A stretch of 56,640 bases of DNA, filler included, from Basidiobolus ranarum (taxonomy: Eukaryota), in NCBI GenBank assembly GCA_040143965.1. It is 5 parts of 5 records of this genome, joined end to end, with 100 filler letters (N's around TTAATTAATTAA, not from the genome) between each part and the next. Parts side by side here need not be neighbours in the genome. Positions count along the whole stretch, not along the records: positions 22,755 to 34,009 come from JASJQH010000627.1; positions 34,110 to 45,332 come from JASJQH010000628.1; 3 more parts are not named here. One strand, 5' to 3'. A program made the translations under genes and the position numbers. Positions 27,231 to 40,283 of the stretch are shown here, piece by piece (within the stretch, counting starts at the first letter, position 1; every line of letters starts with the position of its first letter). The notes beneath the pieces are model-generated. The model saw only the letters and a program-made list of their open reading frames with translations, searched no databases and had not been told where the DNA came from.

Positions 27231-29455
27231 ATGGACAAAAATTCACCAAACAAAAATTCAGTTCGAATCTCCAAGTATTCTTTAGATTCTAAAGCTTCCA
27301 TTTATAGACAATATGCCATTCGAGAGAAATTTTCTGTTGGCAACACTATACCAATTCCAACTCTTTCTGACCTACTAGCATTAAAAAAAGAACTTTACTC
27401 TCTTTCAAAAGCAGCCGCTTCCAAAGCTTCTCAATTAGAAATAGACAAACACCTCATCTCCTTTACAGAGACCCAATTTGCTTACAAAACTGCCCCGTCA
27501 ACCCCAAAACCCGTCGGAAAAATAGGAAGCAAAAACCTACCCAACCCAGAGGCTATGAGTAGAAAAGAGAAACCCGAGATCAAAGGTTACATCTCTTTTC
27601 ATTTATCAAAGTAGTTTTAAATACGGGAGTGCACCTGTATCGATTAGTTTTAGTTACCAGATCTAGTTATCATCCATTTATTTAATATATTCACGCGTTC
27701 TATTTCTTTTCTCACGTGTAAAATTTAGTTTCGGTTGAAAAAGTGGAGGGTTTTCGGGAACTTCATACTCCTCAATCAAGATCTCAGAAATCTACTCCTC
27801 CGTTAGTCTCGTATTACTTATTTTGTTTACAACTCGCATTAATTTCTTTATTGCGTTCATAGTATACTCCCCGAACCAAAGCCAAAACGTAGACGAAAAG
27901 CTGGTACCCGTGAAGATTCCGATATTTCTGATAATGACAAAGGTCTGAAATCAAGCCCCTTTCTCTATCGATTTTTGGATATTCACTAACACCCGAGGTA
28001 AATGTAGATAATCCTACCACTACCACATCAACACCACAAAAAACCCGCTCGAATGAACCACCCTCTATCATAGCTAGACCAATACGAAGTACTTCTCCGT
28101 ACGTGCATGCCCCGGAAACCACATCACGTAACTCCACACCGAAACCATCCAAGGTTCACTCTTTTCCGACAATACAAACAAATCTCGCGTTTAGTGATCT
28201 AAAGGTTCTATTTTTCTCTTTAGAAACCTGGAAAGAGCCCCACACATTTTTTAAAGAAGAAAATGAATTCCGATATCCTTGAAGAAGCCAAAAAATCCGC
28301 TAGAGGCTCACACGATAAAGATACTGAAGAGGATTACCCAACTAGTAAAATTACCAATCAAATACCTATTCAAACTTATTGGAATTATATAGAGTCTTTC
28401 TTCCGTCCGATTACTGAGCAGGATATTTCATTCTTAGCTGAAAAGGTAAGTTTTATGGTTTAGCCTCTCTATGATTGGAAATTCAATAGGAGATGTTCTA
28501 ATGGGATGAATATTCTTTTTAGGGGGATGAGAGTGAACCATATATCATTCCTCCACTTGGGAAACATTATCTCGATGTTTGGACGGAAGAGGAGGCAAAG
28601 CTAGTACCACGATTCGATGATATTCATCCAACTTCCATCAAGCTTAATTCTAAAAATATCCCGAAAAATGAAGATGCTTCCGTGGAGAATCTGGAGTGCG
28701 GTCCCTTTACCGAGAGAATCGTTTGCGCGCTTCTTCAAGAGAATTCCATCAATTCTGGAGATTGGATGGAGGACGAAGACTCGGAATCCAATACCGAAGA
28801 TACTCTTCAAAGTGATGCTTTCCCCACGCAGTTAGTGAATATGGAGGAGCGTCTCAAGATGGAGCTTCGATATATTGGCATACTAGGTGATGAGGATGTA
28901 AGAACCAACAGAAGATCCATTTTTGTAACAGCACTGTAACTGATCGAATTTTTATAAATGGCAGATCAACTGGAAGAGCCGAGAAGATGATGAGATTTCC
29001 TCCACCCTGCGAACGATGCAAAAGGAGCTACGCGACCAAAGCAAAACCAATCTCTTCAGAAAGGAAAAACTCTCAGCAATTAGCATTGAAAATCTTGCGT
29101 ATCAAGAATACTTACAGATTCTAGAAGAACTCGACAAACAAGTAGAACAGTCCTACATTAAAAGAGTGGTAATTTCATACGTTTCATCAGATATACAGAA
29201 TCTCCTCATTTTATTGATACTTGTTACGTCATCTAACTTTAGCGAGCTGCTAAATCGAAAAAGAAAAAGCAAGTGCAGCCTAAGGCTTTATCTGAAAATA
29301 CCACCAACATCATGGAGAGGCGACAGCGCTACGTGGAAGGGATTGGCTGCATCTTCCGTGAGAGTCAATATAAAGTTGCGGATCAATCAATCTACGAGGA
29401 AGTTATGCCCTCCACGGCGGAAACCGAACCAAGAACAGAGAATCATGTACCATAG
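27231..29455 (+). CDS. ADA3: Histone acetyltransferase complex subunit Ada3/Ngg1 (multi-exon; N-terminal exon boundaries uncertain)
   Basis: Exons encode QIPIQTYWNYIESFFRPIT, YIIPPLGKHY..W, CGPFTERIVCALLQE, MEERLKMELRYIGIL and EDDEISSTLRTMQKEL, the conserved Ada3 blocks in order. Confidence 0.9.
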
Positions 29456-30048
29456 TTTATATTCTTGCTTAATAAAACAGTGTATTATTTTGTCTCCAAT
29501 TTTGTGCTCCCACCGCCAATAGTCTTTTATTGAGATGTTATGGTATACGCCGTAACTCTCAGACTTCGTCCAGGGACGAAGAGCTACCAGTTGAAGTTTC
29601 AAAAATTGAACACTTCACAGTAAGCTTAACGCGTTGTGTTGATACACGATCCGTAGACGCACCAAAGCGTTCAATATTATTTTATATTATATTGAGCAAT
29701 GATCGGTCTTGATCTGCTAAATAAATGTGATTTTAGATTAAATAATATAATTCGCTTCACTTAATCTTTTGGTGTATACAGTCAGGTATTTGCGTTGAAA
29801 TCAATATCAGTATTGTAAGATATGATAATTTCATGCATGGTATTCTAGAATCCGGAGTTCCCGAGAATCAATAGTATGTAATTTTTTTTCTGGAAATGGG
29901 AAAAAAAAGCCATACTTGGTAAGTAATAGGTTATGGAATGAAAAGCAGTCTTTCCGTTTTACAGACAGAAAGTCCGTGTCCACTTTTACCTTATTGGTTT
30001 GAATAAGCTAAAATAAACTTTTCAAAGTCCACTGAAGTTGAACAAACT

Positions 30049-32036
30049 ATGCCTAGATTGTCTGGAAACATCTATGCCAAAAAAACTGAAGACAGCCCAC
30101 CAACAGCAAGAACAAGGAACACGTCAAAAAGACGAAGAAAAGTGGCTGCTAAAATACCCGATGAGCCAGAAATGCTAGATGCAGAACAACAACTGTCCAA
30201 AAATGACGAGTATGTTAAATTACATAACCGCTCGTTTAAACAATTCAAGAATATAGTTTATAACATATCTTACATTCCCCCAAAATGATTAGTTTTCTGC
30301 TAGTGACGAGTGCCATGGACGTGTTAAAACACCAATTGAACCAAGCAAGGAAAGATATTGATAGATTAGTAGAATTAAAAGAGAAAGCTTTAACTGATCC
30401 GCTTAGTTTTGTGACTCGACTTGGTGAAAAGGTTGTCTAAATTCAGTAGTAACAAGGGCTTTTCATCTGTTTGTAAAATCTCCTTTTATTTACCACTTTC
30501 AAGTAGGACACTGAAAAGCCTCCAAAACTACAAAGAGTTGTTGCCATCCCTACCATTGAGTTAGACAAATATATTTCTCGCGTCAAAAGAGGCACCCAAG
30601 GTAAACCGTAGTGTAACATATGCGTCTTACATCACATTTCTCATGGAGAATGCTTTTAGACATCACACTAAACTTTCCTCCGCTTAAAAGGCCGTCGCTC
30701 TACAAGGTAGTGCCTTTTAAATGTATCTGTATCTTATTTAAATTAACACAACAGTCTTCTAGTCAATTTTATCGAATCCGCCCACGGCCTCAACTTCTAC
30801 ATCAAAAGTTTCGAGTTTTGTATCCTGTGAAACCCGAACTAGCCATAAAGCCAATATCAAACAAGAGGAATCCGACGAATTTATCCCTGAAACCGAGGTG
30901 TTCTTATCCGAGATAGGATCCCCAAAAAGCGACTTCAGTACGAAAAAGGTAAACCAAATGAGATAAACTCTGATGATATATATGTTCTTGTATTAATATG
31001 TTTAGTTTAGAAAGTGAATAATGGTGATAAGCTAACGCAGTCTTGGGATGACGAAGAGCAGGTATACCCGTTCTTCTGTGAAACTTCACTGCTAAGCTTA
31101 AATATTAAACTATTACTCAGAGGCGTTTGATAATACTTTTAAATGAATACCCAGAAGAACTCGTTCAGTCGCAGCGATTTTCCAAAATATCAACGGCTTT
31201 GGGAACAAAGACACCGAAGCAGGTTGCCAGTCGAGTTCAAAAATATTTCGTTCAACTGGCCAAAGCCGGATTGCCTGTTCCGGGCAGAGTCTCAAACACG
31301 GTAGTAGATGTAAGAGTCATTTCACTTCAAGCGATTGAAATTTAAGCATGTAGCTAATAGTGTTAATTATGATAGAAGCAAGCGCCACTATCCAGCGCCA
31401 GAAAGTTCCTAGAGAGAGACCAAACGCCATCACCAAAGAAACAAAAGGTTGCGAGTAATTCTGGATACTTAAGCAGGTATAGGATGTTCTTGAATCTTGC
31501 AAAGTTCGATTTACTGATACGTAATTTGTAGGTGTACTGTCCCCATCTCGCCTGCTACTATATCCGATGATGATGCAGCAGCTCAGGTTCCCTCCACTTG
31601 GACGCCCCCCGCTGCACGCAAGTCGGTAAGTTGACGCTGTTATGTTTGTGATGATTTGTGATCTCAAGCTTACTCCTGTTGTAGACACCTAAGACTTCGC
31701 CAGAAGCTATACCTTCAGCTTACTCCCAACATGGGTATAAGGTGAATTCCAGAGTTGTTAATCCTTATAGCTTAATGATTGAATATTAACCTAATTTTTA
31801 CTTAGTGTGACCGCTGTCTTATCGAGCCTATAATAGGATCAAGGTGGGTTTGTATGAACTGCGATCATCAAGTTGATCTCTGCAACTCTTGTCATTCCTC
31901 TGGGGATTATCAAAATGGTAATAATACATATATACATCTGATCATTATCTTGATTTCTAAACTGACTTTCCTAGATCATGACTCTTCTCATGCTTTTCAA
32001 AAGCTTCTTGTGAGTGAACCTACAGTACTATTGTAA
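30049..32036 (+). CDS. ZZZ3: ZZZ3-like protein (coiled coil + Myb/SANT + ZZ zinc finger), ~12 exons; 3' end approximate
   Basis: Exons encode [105 protein letters not shown] and [31 protein letters not shown]...H. Block order and wording match animal ZZZ3 as I recall it. Confidence 0.85.
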
Positions 32037-33338
32037 CATTGATTTTGCTGGTAATATTATGCAATATAAATGATGTAATATAAAATAACCCCATGTCAGA
32101 GTAGAGCCCATATATTCTATATTCTTTAGAGAAACCTTATGTTAGCAATGTGAGTGCTTGATAGGGTTCAGCTCAGTTCTTTTGGACATTTATTCACATT
32201 GGCCATGATTTTCATATATGTCAACATTTATGCATCTGACCAGTAGAGACTTTTATGCATGCATATTGGCTATACTTTAAGAGAATGATGTACTGGTCCT
32301 TGCTTCTATAATGGACTTGTTCCTGGATCTATGATGGTGCTACTTGGATTAGAGTAGATTTAGTCCGAGAATGCTAGTGTCCAGGTTTTGATAAACTTCA
32401 TCTAAAGGCTGTATATATCACTATCTGGCTCAATAATTGAGTAAGTCTATAGTGCTGTTCCCAATGTAGATCTACTCTATTTTTCAAGTAGGTCAGATAT
32501 AGCTCTGATGGATACATACAGTCCCTCAAGTATTGGCAGCTAATAACCACTCGTGCCCTCTCTTTTATGGTCACTGATTGCTTCACCGCTTTGCAGCAGA
32601 GGAACCTGTATACAGAGTTACTTGCAGATATACAGCAAACACTTTTACTGCGGTAATACCATTTGATGAATAGGTTTACAAGGCTAGAGTGAGTAGATTG
32701 TACTCCTCAGTAACGCAAGCATCTGCTGCTTGTCCCATAGAGTGTGACATCGAGATTTCCCTCCTGGTAAACCGCGATTACATTAACCAGCGTTTCCTGG
32801 ATGGAGTAACAGATAGGTGAATACAGCTCCTCAACATTGGCAATCCACTAGAAATGAATTCCGTGAGAATCGTTGCATCTCGGTGATTTTAGAACTGAGG
32901 CTCTATGACATCTTCAAGTTTATTGGCTGCTACATAATGCCAAGAGTCCAGATAAATACCTCCCTAGAGAGTTACATCTTTCTAGATAGTGATCGCTCAG
33001 GGCCAAGGTCGCATATGTCTACTAGAGAACTGCATTGACAAGGATTTGAGACTAAGATCTCTACCGCAATCGAAATGGTCGTTGCTCCTACATTCAGAAC
33101 TTTAATTTGATATGGAGTTGCCTTATTCGGAATCTCTTATATACAAATTAAACTGAGAGGACGCTGCCAAGAAATGCTAGTGTACAGAGTTTAAAACCTG
33201 TCCAATGCTGTCTCCTCTTATTGGTTTGGAGTGGAGTTTTAAAGTGTACAGCTTGAATGCAATCAGAATGATCTGAGTATTTATTAGTATCTACAAAATA
33301 GCGTCAGTCATTTTCCAGATCAAACAAATATTCTGAAT

Positions 33339-34009
33339 ATGAATTTTCCCTTTCCAGAGGCTGTACCATATAGCTTTCCACTGGCCGACAAACCGTTCGC
33401 GAATGAAGTAGTGTTGAATCCACTACCATACAACTTAGATGCTATAATCATTCGAAGGAAATTGTCTTCTTATGTGAGCCGATACTCAACTTATTCCGAA
33501 GCTCCGGTCAATTGGGGCTATATTTTGGCAGCGGAGCGCAATGACGTTGCCAGGGTCAAATTAGAAACTTACATTGAAGTACGTGAGATAGTACGAAAAA
33601 GTCTCCCATTTGCTAAGTCAAGAAATATAATTGCCAACGACACTAATCCTCAAAACGTGAATATATGGGCTATTGAGGTTGAATCGCCAAACGTGGAATC
33701 TTATGAAGATAAAAAGATTGAAGTGGAGCTGGAAAACACCTCGGAAATAACCAACTGTACTTTGTGTTTGGGTAATGGGTACAAAACTTGCGCATCTTGT
33801 CATGGTGCTGGAAAATTGTTGTGTACCACTTGTAATGGTAATGGCTCTTATCTCTCCTCTGCGAACTGCAACTCCAGCAATAGTACTAACGATAGTAATA
33901 TTGTGACGCGCATCTGCTCCAGCTGCTCTGGGTGCAAACAACTACTCTGCTCCAATTGTAATCATACTGGCCGGAGCAAATGTAAGGACTGTCATGGTAG
34001 TGGGGTACT
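33339..34009 (+). CDS. SSUH2-like protein with DnaJ-type CxxCxGxG repeats, 3'-truncated by the contig end
   Basis: Repeats CTLCLGNG, CASCHGAG, CTTCNGNG, CSSCSG, CSNCNHTG and CKDCHGSG, preceded by LETYIEVR and NIWAIEV. There is no J-domain HPD motif. Confidence 0.7.
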
Positions 34010-34109
34010 NNNNNNNNNNNNNNNNNNNNNNNNNNNNNNNNNNNNNNNNNNNNTTAATTAATTAANNNNNNNNNNNNNNNNNNNNNNNNNNNNNNNNNNN
34101 NNNNNNNNN
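34010..34109. other. Artificial contig linker
   Basis: 44 N + TTAATTAATTAA + 44 N. Confidence 0.98.
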
Positions 34110-34933
34110 TAAGGATGGTTTTTACCACAATGCTGTTACTTTTCCTGTTTCAAGCATTAGATGGATGACAACTAGGCACTCACGCGTTCACATATCTAAG
34201 CGTCACATTGAAACCGAGCCCTGGTTTAGTGATCCGTGACTGTTCATTGTGCCATCTTATTCCCATGTCAGAACAGCATTCGAACAATTGTCACAATAAT
34301 GCCAGCAATCTCTCTCTCATAGTCCTAGATGAAATCATAAGCACACTTTAATCTACGTCAGCATCGACAAGATCACCCGACGCCTATACTTTGTCCCCAA
34401 GTATCCTGATGCTTGACCATCCCCCCCATCGTCCACCCCAGCTTTCATCATCACCTATACGGAGCATTTCCGTTGAATTCCGCAAAGATATTTATCAGTG
34501 GGGTATTGTGCGGATCGTTTAATAAGATCATATCAAATATATCCCGAATTTAAGCTAGGAGCAAATCCAGTGCATTACAAGAAGTTACTAGTGCGATAAG
34601 TGACAGCCAGTAAGGTGACTTGATTTCCCCTTCGCCGCTACCGAAATCACCAATCACAATCCAAGTGGGGGAGTATAAATCAACTATGTTACCAAATCAG
34701 GCTACCTATCACCAAAAGAAAAAAATATTTTATAATCTGAGCCTCATCGTATTAGCAGTTCCTGTTCCTCTATATACGCAGCCATACACACGAGATACGG
34801 TGTCCCAGTCCTTGAAGTACCTCTTTACCGACCAGGGCTTTATGCATTTAACACACGCTTAGAAATACTCAGTATACATATTTTATTCCCTTTATCTTGA
34901 ATTATCTTATTGCAGTTAATATCCTTTTTCAAA

Positions 34934-36391
34934 ATGTCCTTTCACTTGGCACCTAAAATGTTGGTAACTCCTCGAGTTCTCATCACTCCCGTTGCATTAC
35001 GTCACTTTAGAGTTTCTTTTTCTCGCTTCAATAGCCGCCTTCATGCCCCCATTTCGCCATCACGTCCTAAACCTATCAAGAACCATTTTACTGGCAAAGC
35101 GAGCAACTGGACTCAGGCAGTGTTAGAGGCTGAAGCTTTGGTTCAGCACGAATCAGCGGTAAAGATTAATCCCAAGCATCTACTAGGGGAAGATATTGCT
35201 CAGATCACTCCAAATATTAGAAGCTTACTAAACACTAAAGATAGTCAACTTTATAATATCAGCAAGTACTATTTCGAGCAGCCAGGTACGCATGTTCGTC
35301 CTTTGCTAGTACTATTGATGTCACAAGCAACCCGCCTGGGACCATAGAAGACAACACCCAACGCTGATGATACTTATGAGATTATGGACATCAATTTGAG
35401 TTCTAACAGCGAATCCTGGCAAAAAGAAAGAACAGAGAGTTTTTATCGTAGGTCCGTAAGCCCCGAGGGTTGTGTGATCTTGCCTACACAGCGTCGTTTA
35501 TCGGAAATTGCCGAGATGATACATACCGCTTCCTTGGTTCATGATGATGTGGTTGATGATTCTCCAACTCGTCGTGGGGCTGCTTCGACTAACGCTGCTT
35601 TTGGAAATAAACTGGCTGTTCTCGCAGGGGATTTTATTTTGGCTCGTACATCAATAGCCCTTGCTCGCCTTAGAAATCCCGAAGTTACCGAACTCTTGGC
35701 CAAAGTAATGGAGGATCTTGTGGATGGTGAATTTAAACAATTGAAAAATACTAAACAAGGGGACCACGAGAAACCGAACATGTCCACGTTTGAACATTAT
35801 ATGGACAAAACCTACTTAAAAACCGCCAGTTTAATTGCGAATAGTTGTAAAGCTACGGCAATACTTGGTGGAAATACCGCATCTATCGCCGAGCTGGCAT
35901 ATTCATTTGGAAAAGATCTTGGTTTGGCATTCCAGGTAAATATTTGAAATATGTAACTCTGTCACGGACTTATATTGATGTCAATTCTCCACAATAGCTA
36001 GTAGATGATATGTTGGACTATACCACCACTGCTGACGAGTTTGGAAAGCCTGTAGGTGCTGACTTAAAACTAGGCTTGGCTACTGCGCCGGTGCTCTTTG
36101 CATGGGAGGAGTTTCCTGAGCTTGGTCAATTGATTAAACGTAAATTCTCTCAACCAGGGGACATCGAAAAGGTATTGAAACAGATAGTATATATGTGTGA
36201 AGCATGTCTAACATAGAATAATTGACAAGGCATATGAACTGGTGTGGCGTAGTAATGGAATTGAACAAACCCGCAAGTTGGCCGAATCGTACTGCCAGAA
36301 AGCCATCAACGCAATTCAGCAATTACCTCCTTCGCAAGCCCAAGAGGGTCTGATCCAATTGGCTCATAAAGTAGTAACTAGAACTAATTAG
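34934..36391 (+). pseudogene. COQ1: Mitochondrial trans-polyprenyl diphosphate synthase (Coq1) interrupted by an in-frame TAG at 35345-35347; pseudogene status uncertain
   Basis: Exons 34934-35935, 35998-36171 and 36230-36391. Arg-rich presequence, EMIHTASLVHDDVVD..RRG (FARM), YLKTASL, GLAFQLVDDMLD (SARM) and DLKLGLATAPVL. The frame is continuous across the TAG at codon 138. Confidence 0.75.
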
Positions 36392-36954
36392 ATCCATTTG
36401 CATCCACCTATTTTCCTATTATTTCTCCACATTCCCTGTGTATATTTCGAACTCACTCAGCTTTTACTTTGTTATTGAAACTCATTCATTGCATTCTTTA
36501 CCTTGATTGTGAGATCCATCGCGTTCCTTAGGTCGAGTAACTGTACTTTCTGTGTATCGTTGATGCCAATCTTTCATACTTGTTCAGAATAGCAAGGATA
36601 TTCATGTTCTGTGAATTTCAGATTATGTTCAGTTGACTCTGATATTCGCTCACTTCTATGATGACAAGTGAATGCTTCATAATGCTTCTGCTAGCTCCCC
36701 GACCCATCCCTCTATTAATCAGTTGTTCCTAAATAAATGGACCCGACATGGTAGAATTCAATCTCTTTGGTCTTCAAAGGTAATGTGCTGAACTGTGAAG
36801 TTATCCTTAGATTGTGAGAGTCATCTATGGACTTCACAGCTGATTTCCTGTGATGATACACCATTCAATCAAGAGCATACTAGTTCAAAGATATTACATA
36901 TTCAGCTAGAGATCCAGGTTCAGATAAGGATACACGAGTAACAAGGATAACCTA

Positions 36955-37204
36955 GGATTTACTTAGAATATTTTCATCAACTTAGAGGTACTCAGATTTA
37001 TAGATTTTTTAGATTTTTCAAAGGAGCCCCAAACTTTGCACATATGTTCTTGGGACCTTCCTTAACACATTCTACACGTTTGTTTGCTTACATCTTGACA
37101 AAACTATAAATGTCAACTGAATGCTCAATAAATCAATAAGTGAAAACCACCAATTCTTCTGGTTCTTCAAACCACTTCCAACAAACTCCCAAGATACTTC
37201 AACA
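36955..37204 (+). mobile_element. 5'-truncated copia LTR (family A)
   Basis: Aligns with the 3' ~250 bp of 43948-44294 and ends ...gatacttcaaCA. The start is approximate. Confidence 0.85.
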
Positions 37205-38245
37205 GAAACAAGACAGGTAAAGATCTCAATAACCAGCAACACCATTTCAATTTATAGCTAGGAATTTGAAGAAACAAACTTGCTTATTTTACTAGAGTCA
37301 GATGGAGAATAAGTCATAAATAAGAACTACATGTAGATGTATCACCATTATAAAGTCTAATTCTTGACACGATTAGAAACAATCATACTGACCACAGTAC
37401 ATCCTGTCACCACCAGATGGCCATTAGTTAAAATTATTGATGGGCTAAACCTTGAAAATTGTCTGATCAACTATGTAGTCAAGAAAACCAATGTTTTGCT
37501 TTTGCTCAAGTAAGGCAATAACCACCAGATGAAAACACACCAGAGTCAATCAGCATTGGTGGAAGCATGATATTCCTTGTGACCTCCGCCGACACAGTCA
37601 CCTGTCCTAACTGCCATATTGACCAGACAAGATCCTGCTTACATCTCCAGTATACCATGAAGCCATGGAGTGCGATACCTGTTGCTAGTTGTTAACCATG
37701 TGATTGACTAGGTTGTGGAGAAAAACTGGTCTTTCAAACTGGCCGAGTCATATGGCAGTCATATGATTTCTGAAATGTGGGGTTAGTTCACATTTCAACA
37801 ATATATCCCTTTTGTATGGATCGTAAAGCGTACGAATCAGTACCTAGATTCATAACGACCTGATACTTGTGCATTATATTCTCAGAAATACTGATAAATT
37901 AAGTACAGGATGCTGGATCTCAAACCTTGAGCAGAATCTAAAAGGTGAGATGAAAATCATATACTCTCTCTATTGATCTCTGAATATTCAATTTACAAAT
38001 CCTAAGCCCTGTTCTGTCGCAGCTTTCTCAATCTGAAAGTAGCTCTACCTTTAGCTTCAGATCATCATTTATTCCGGCGTTTACTATACACCAATCACTG
38101 TTGGGTTTGGCATGACTACATGTTAGTTGGTGGAATTATGGTGCATCGAGAACATGGTTATAGTTCGATTAACTTCTATCATTCAATAAAATGAATGGCC
38201 TTTATTCAGTGATTGATGAGAGGGGGTTCCCTTCCAAGTAGTAGC

Positions 38246-38909
38246 TTAAATGAAACCAATCTTGTTGGCAACATCCAAAGCATCGACATCAGCAGTAAGA
38301 CGAACATAAGCCTTCTTTTGACCATCAGGGCGAATAAGAGTGTTGATTTTGGCAGCATCTACATCATAAAGACGCTTAACAGCTTCGCGAATTTGACGCT
38401 TGTTAGCACGAACATCACACAAGAAAACAAGGGTGTTGTTATCCTCAATCTTTTTAATGGCGGTTTCGGTGTTCAATGGACTACGAACAACCTCATATTG
38501 ATCCATACGAGGGGCGCTGGGGACTGACTTACGAGGGTAACGAGGAGCGCGAGCTAAACGAAGAGTTTTAGGAAGACGGAAAGTGGTGGAAGTACGCACT
38601 TTGCGGAGAGCATTGCCATGGGTACCCTTTAAGGCAGCCTTCTTGGCAGCGAGAGCCTTGTTCTTCTCAGATGCAACTGTAAATGAAAGTTTAATTAATC
38701 AACTGGTCATCATGGTGTTTGTTATAGCGGAAAAGTAAGGTAGAAGTAAGATGGATGGATAAAGTACTGTAGACGATTGCCGATGTATATAGGTTCGGAA
38801 ATTAACTATATAAAACGACCAGCGTATGAAAGTAACCCGAATTCACATTTGTTGAAGAAAGTCAGTGGGAAGTAGGTAGGTGAAAATTACCTTTGGTTTT
38901 AGGAGCCAT
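38246..38909 (-). CDS. RPL25: 60S ribosomal protein uL23 (L25/L23a), 149 aa
   Basis: Exon 1 38909-38891 (MAPKTK), a 214-nt intron, exon 2 38676-38246. Motifs [36 protein letters not shown] and [12 protein letters not shown]. Confidence 0.97.
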
Positions 38910-40283
38910 TTGTATAGAACTAATCAAGACGTTTACCGGCCGCGAAAAACAGTTGAAAAGAAAGAGACCGTATGCGAACAGGATGATTTTCTTTTGATTT
39001 CTAGGGTACCTGGATTTTTCAGTCAAGCACCCTGAATTCGCAGGCTCAATTGTTGATTCATCTAAAAAAATCCCAACTAAACAGGTAGTTGTTCGGTTCA
39101 TCAATAGCTTTGACCTACATTAAGCTGAATAATAACACATGCCATGCTGGCTAAGGAATCCTCAGAGTGCCAGCGATTGTTTGAATATCCAGTCTATGCC
39201 ACAGGTTTTAAGAGGTTTGTCCACGCAGCATTCTTTGTTGTTGAGAGTATGGATGGTTGCTCTTGCTGCATCTTGGAACATGTTTCTTTGTTACAGCAGG
39301 CCTACTATAATTGCTAAGAAAGTCCATGATTGCTCTGAGATTGTTGTTTGATCGCGTCTTGGGAAGATTGGTGTTGGCATCTCTGCTGTATCATCCATGT
39401 AGTACCATTATCATTGGGTGTCCTCATACATTATGACTTTCATGTGATAGCAGTGAACCACGGCAATTCATATTAGGAAATGGTCACAGAACTAATGGTG
39501 ACAACGATTGAAATAATCCGTGTATTAAGCCCTGGAGAAAGGATGGTGTCCTACCCAATCAGGATTGATCTCCATCAATTACTCCCACATATTTCTAGGG
39601 AACACTCCAAGTACCCTAAAATGCTTGAAATTTCTCACCATTTGTCACGAGAGCTAGTTGCGAATGAGGAAGAGTGTGTGTGACAGGTTGCAACTGCTTC
39701 GTACAACATGTATGCTAGGAACGAACAATACATGGTTAGTTGGATCACTCACCAATGAAGTTGTATCTACTTTATATCCGTAGTAAGCTGCCTCCAAGCT
39801 GCGAGAAGAAGGCAAAGGCGTTAGAGGAAAATGTTAATACATACAGATATACATCACATAGCAACTATGAACAGAACTTCCGATAATACTGTCAAAGCCC
39901 TAATCTGCAATATCTCGCTTCAAACGATAACTTACTTGTAAATAACCTTGAGTAGATGTTACTAACTTCTTTCTAAATGCGGCTCCATCCGCAACTTTCC
40001 GAGAATTGCAAAACTCAACATCGTGGGAAAAGGTGGCAGTTGAAATCAAAAAAAAGGGATGGCAATGACGATGTAGCATTTACACAACAATAGTGACCAT
40101 TAATATACATTGAGGGCCGTCACATGGCTTTCCATTTTGTCCCCTTGAATTCAAGCCAAATCAAACTCTTTCTGTATCAAAGATATATAAATGCCACCTC
40201 ATTCTCACTAGATTCTCATCTATAGGCTTTTTATTCATTGTTCCCTCGATCCTTCGCATAACCCACACATAACAGAACAGACT

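Noticed and set aside
32100-33000. Possible decayed transposon between ZZZ3 and the SSUH2-like gene
   Set aside because: Partly CpG-poor, but I can identify no transposase/RT motif or terminal repeat.
34919-34927. ATATCCTTT just upstream of the COQ1 ATG (and RTATCCTT matches inside PHO8, ADA3 and SCOT exons)
   Set aside because: No matching U12 branch site and acceptor downstream; the exonic matches lie in open coding frames that need no intron.
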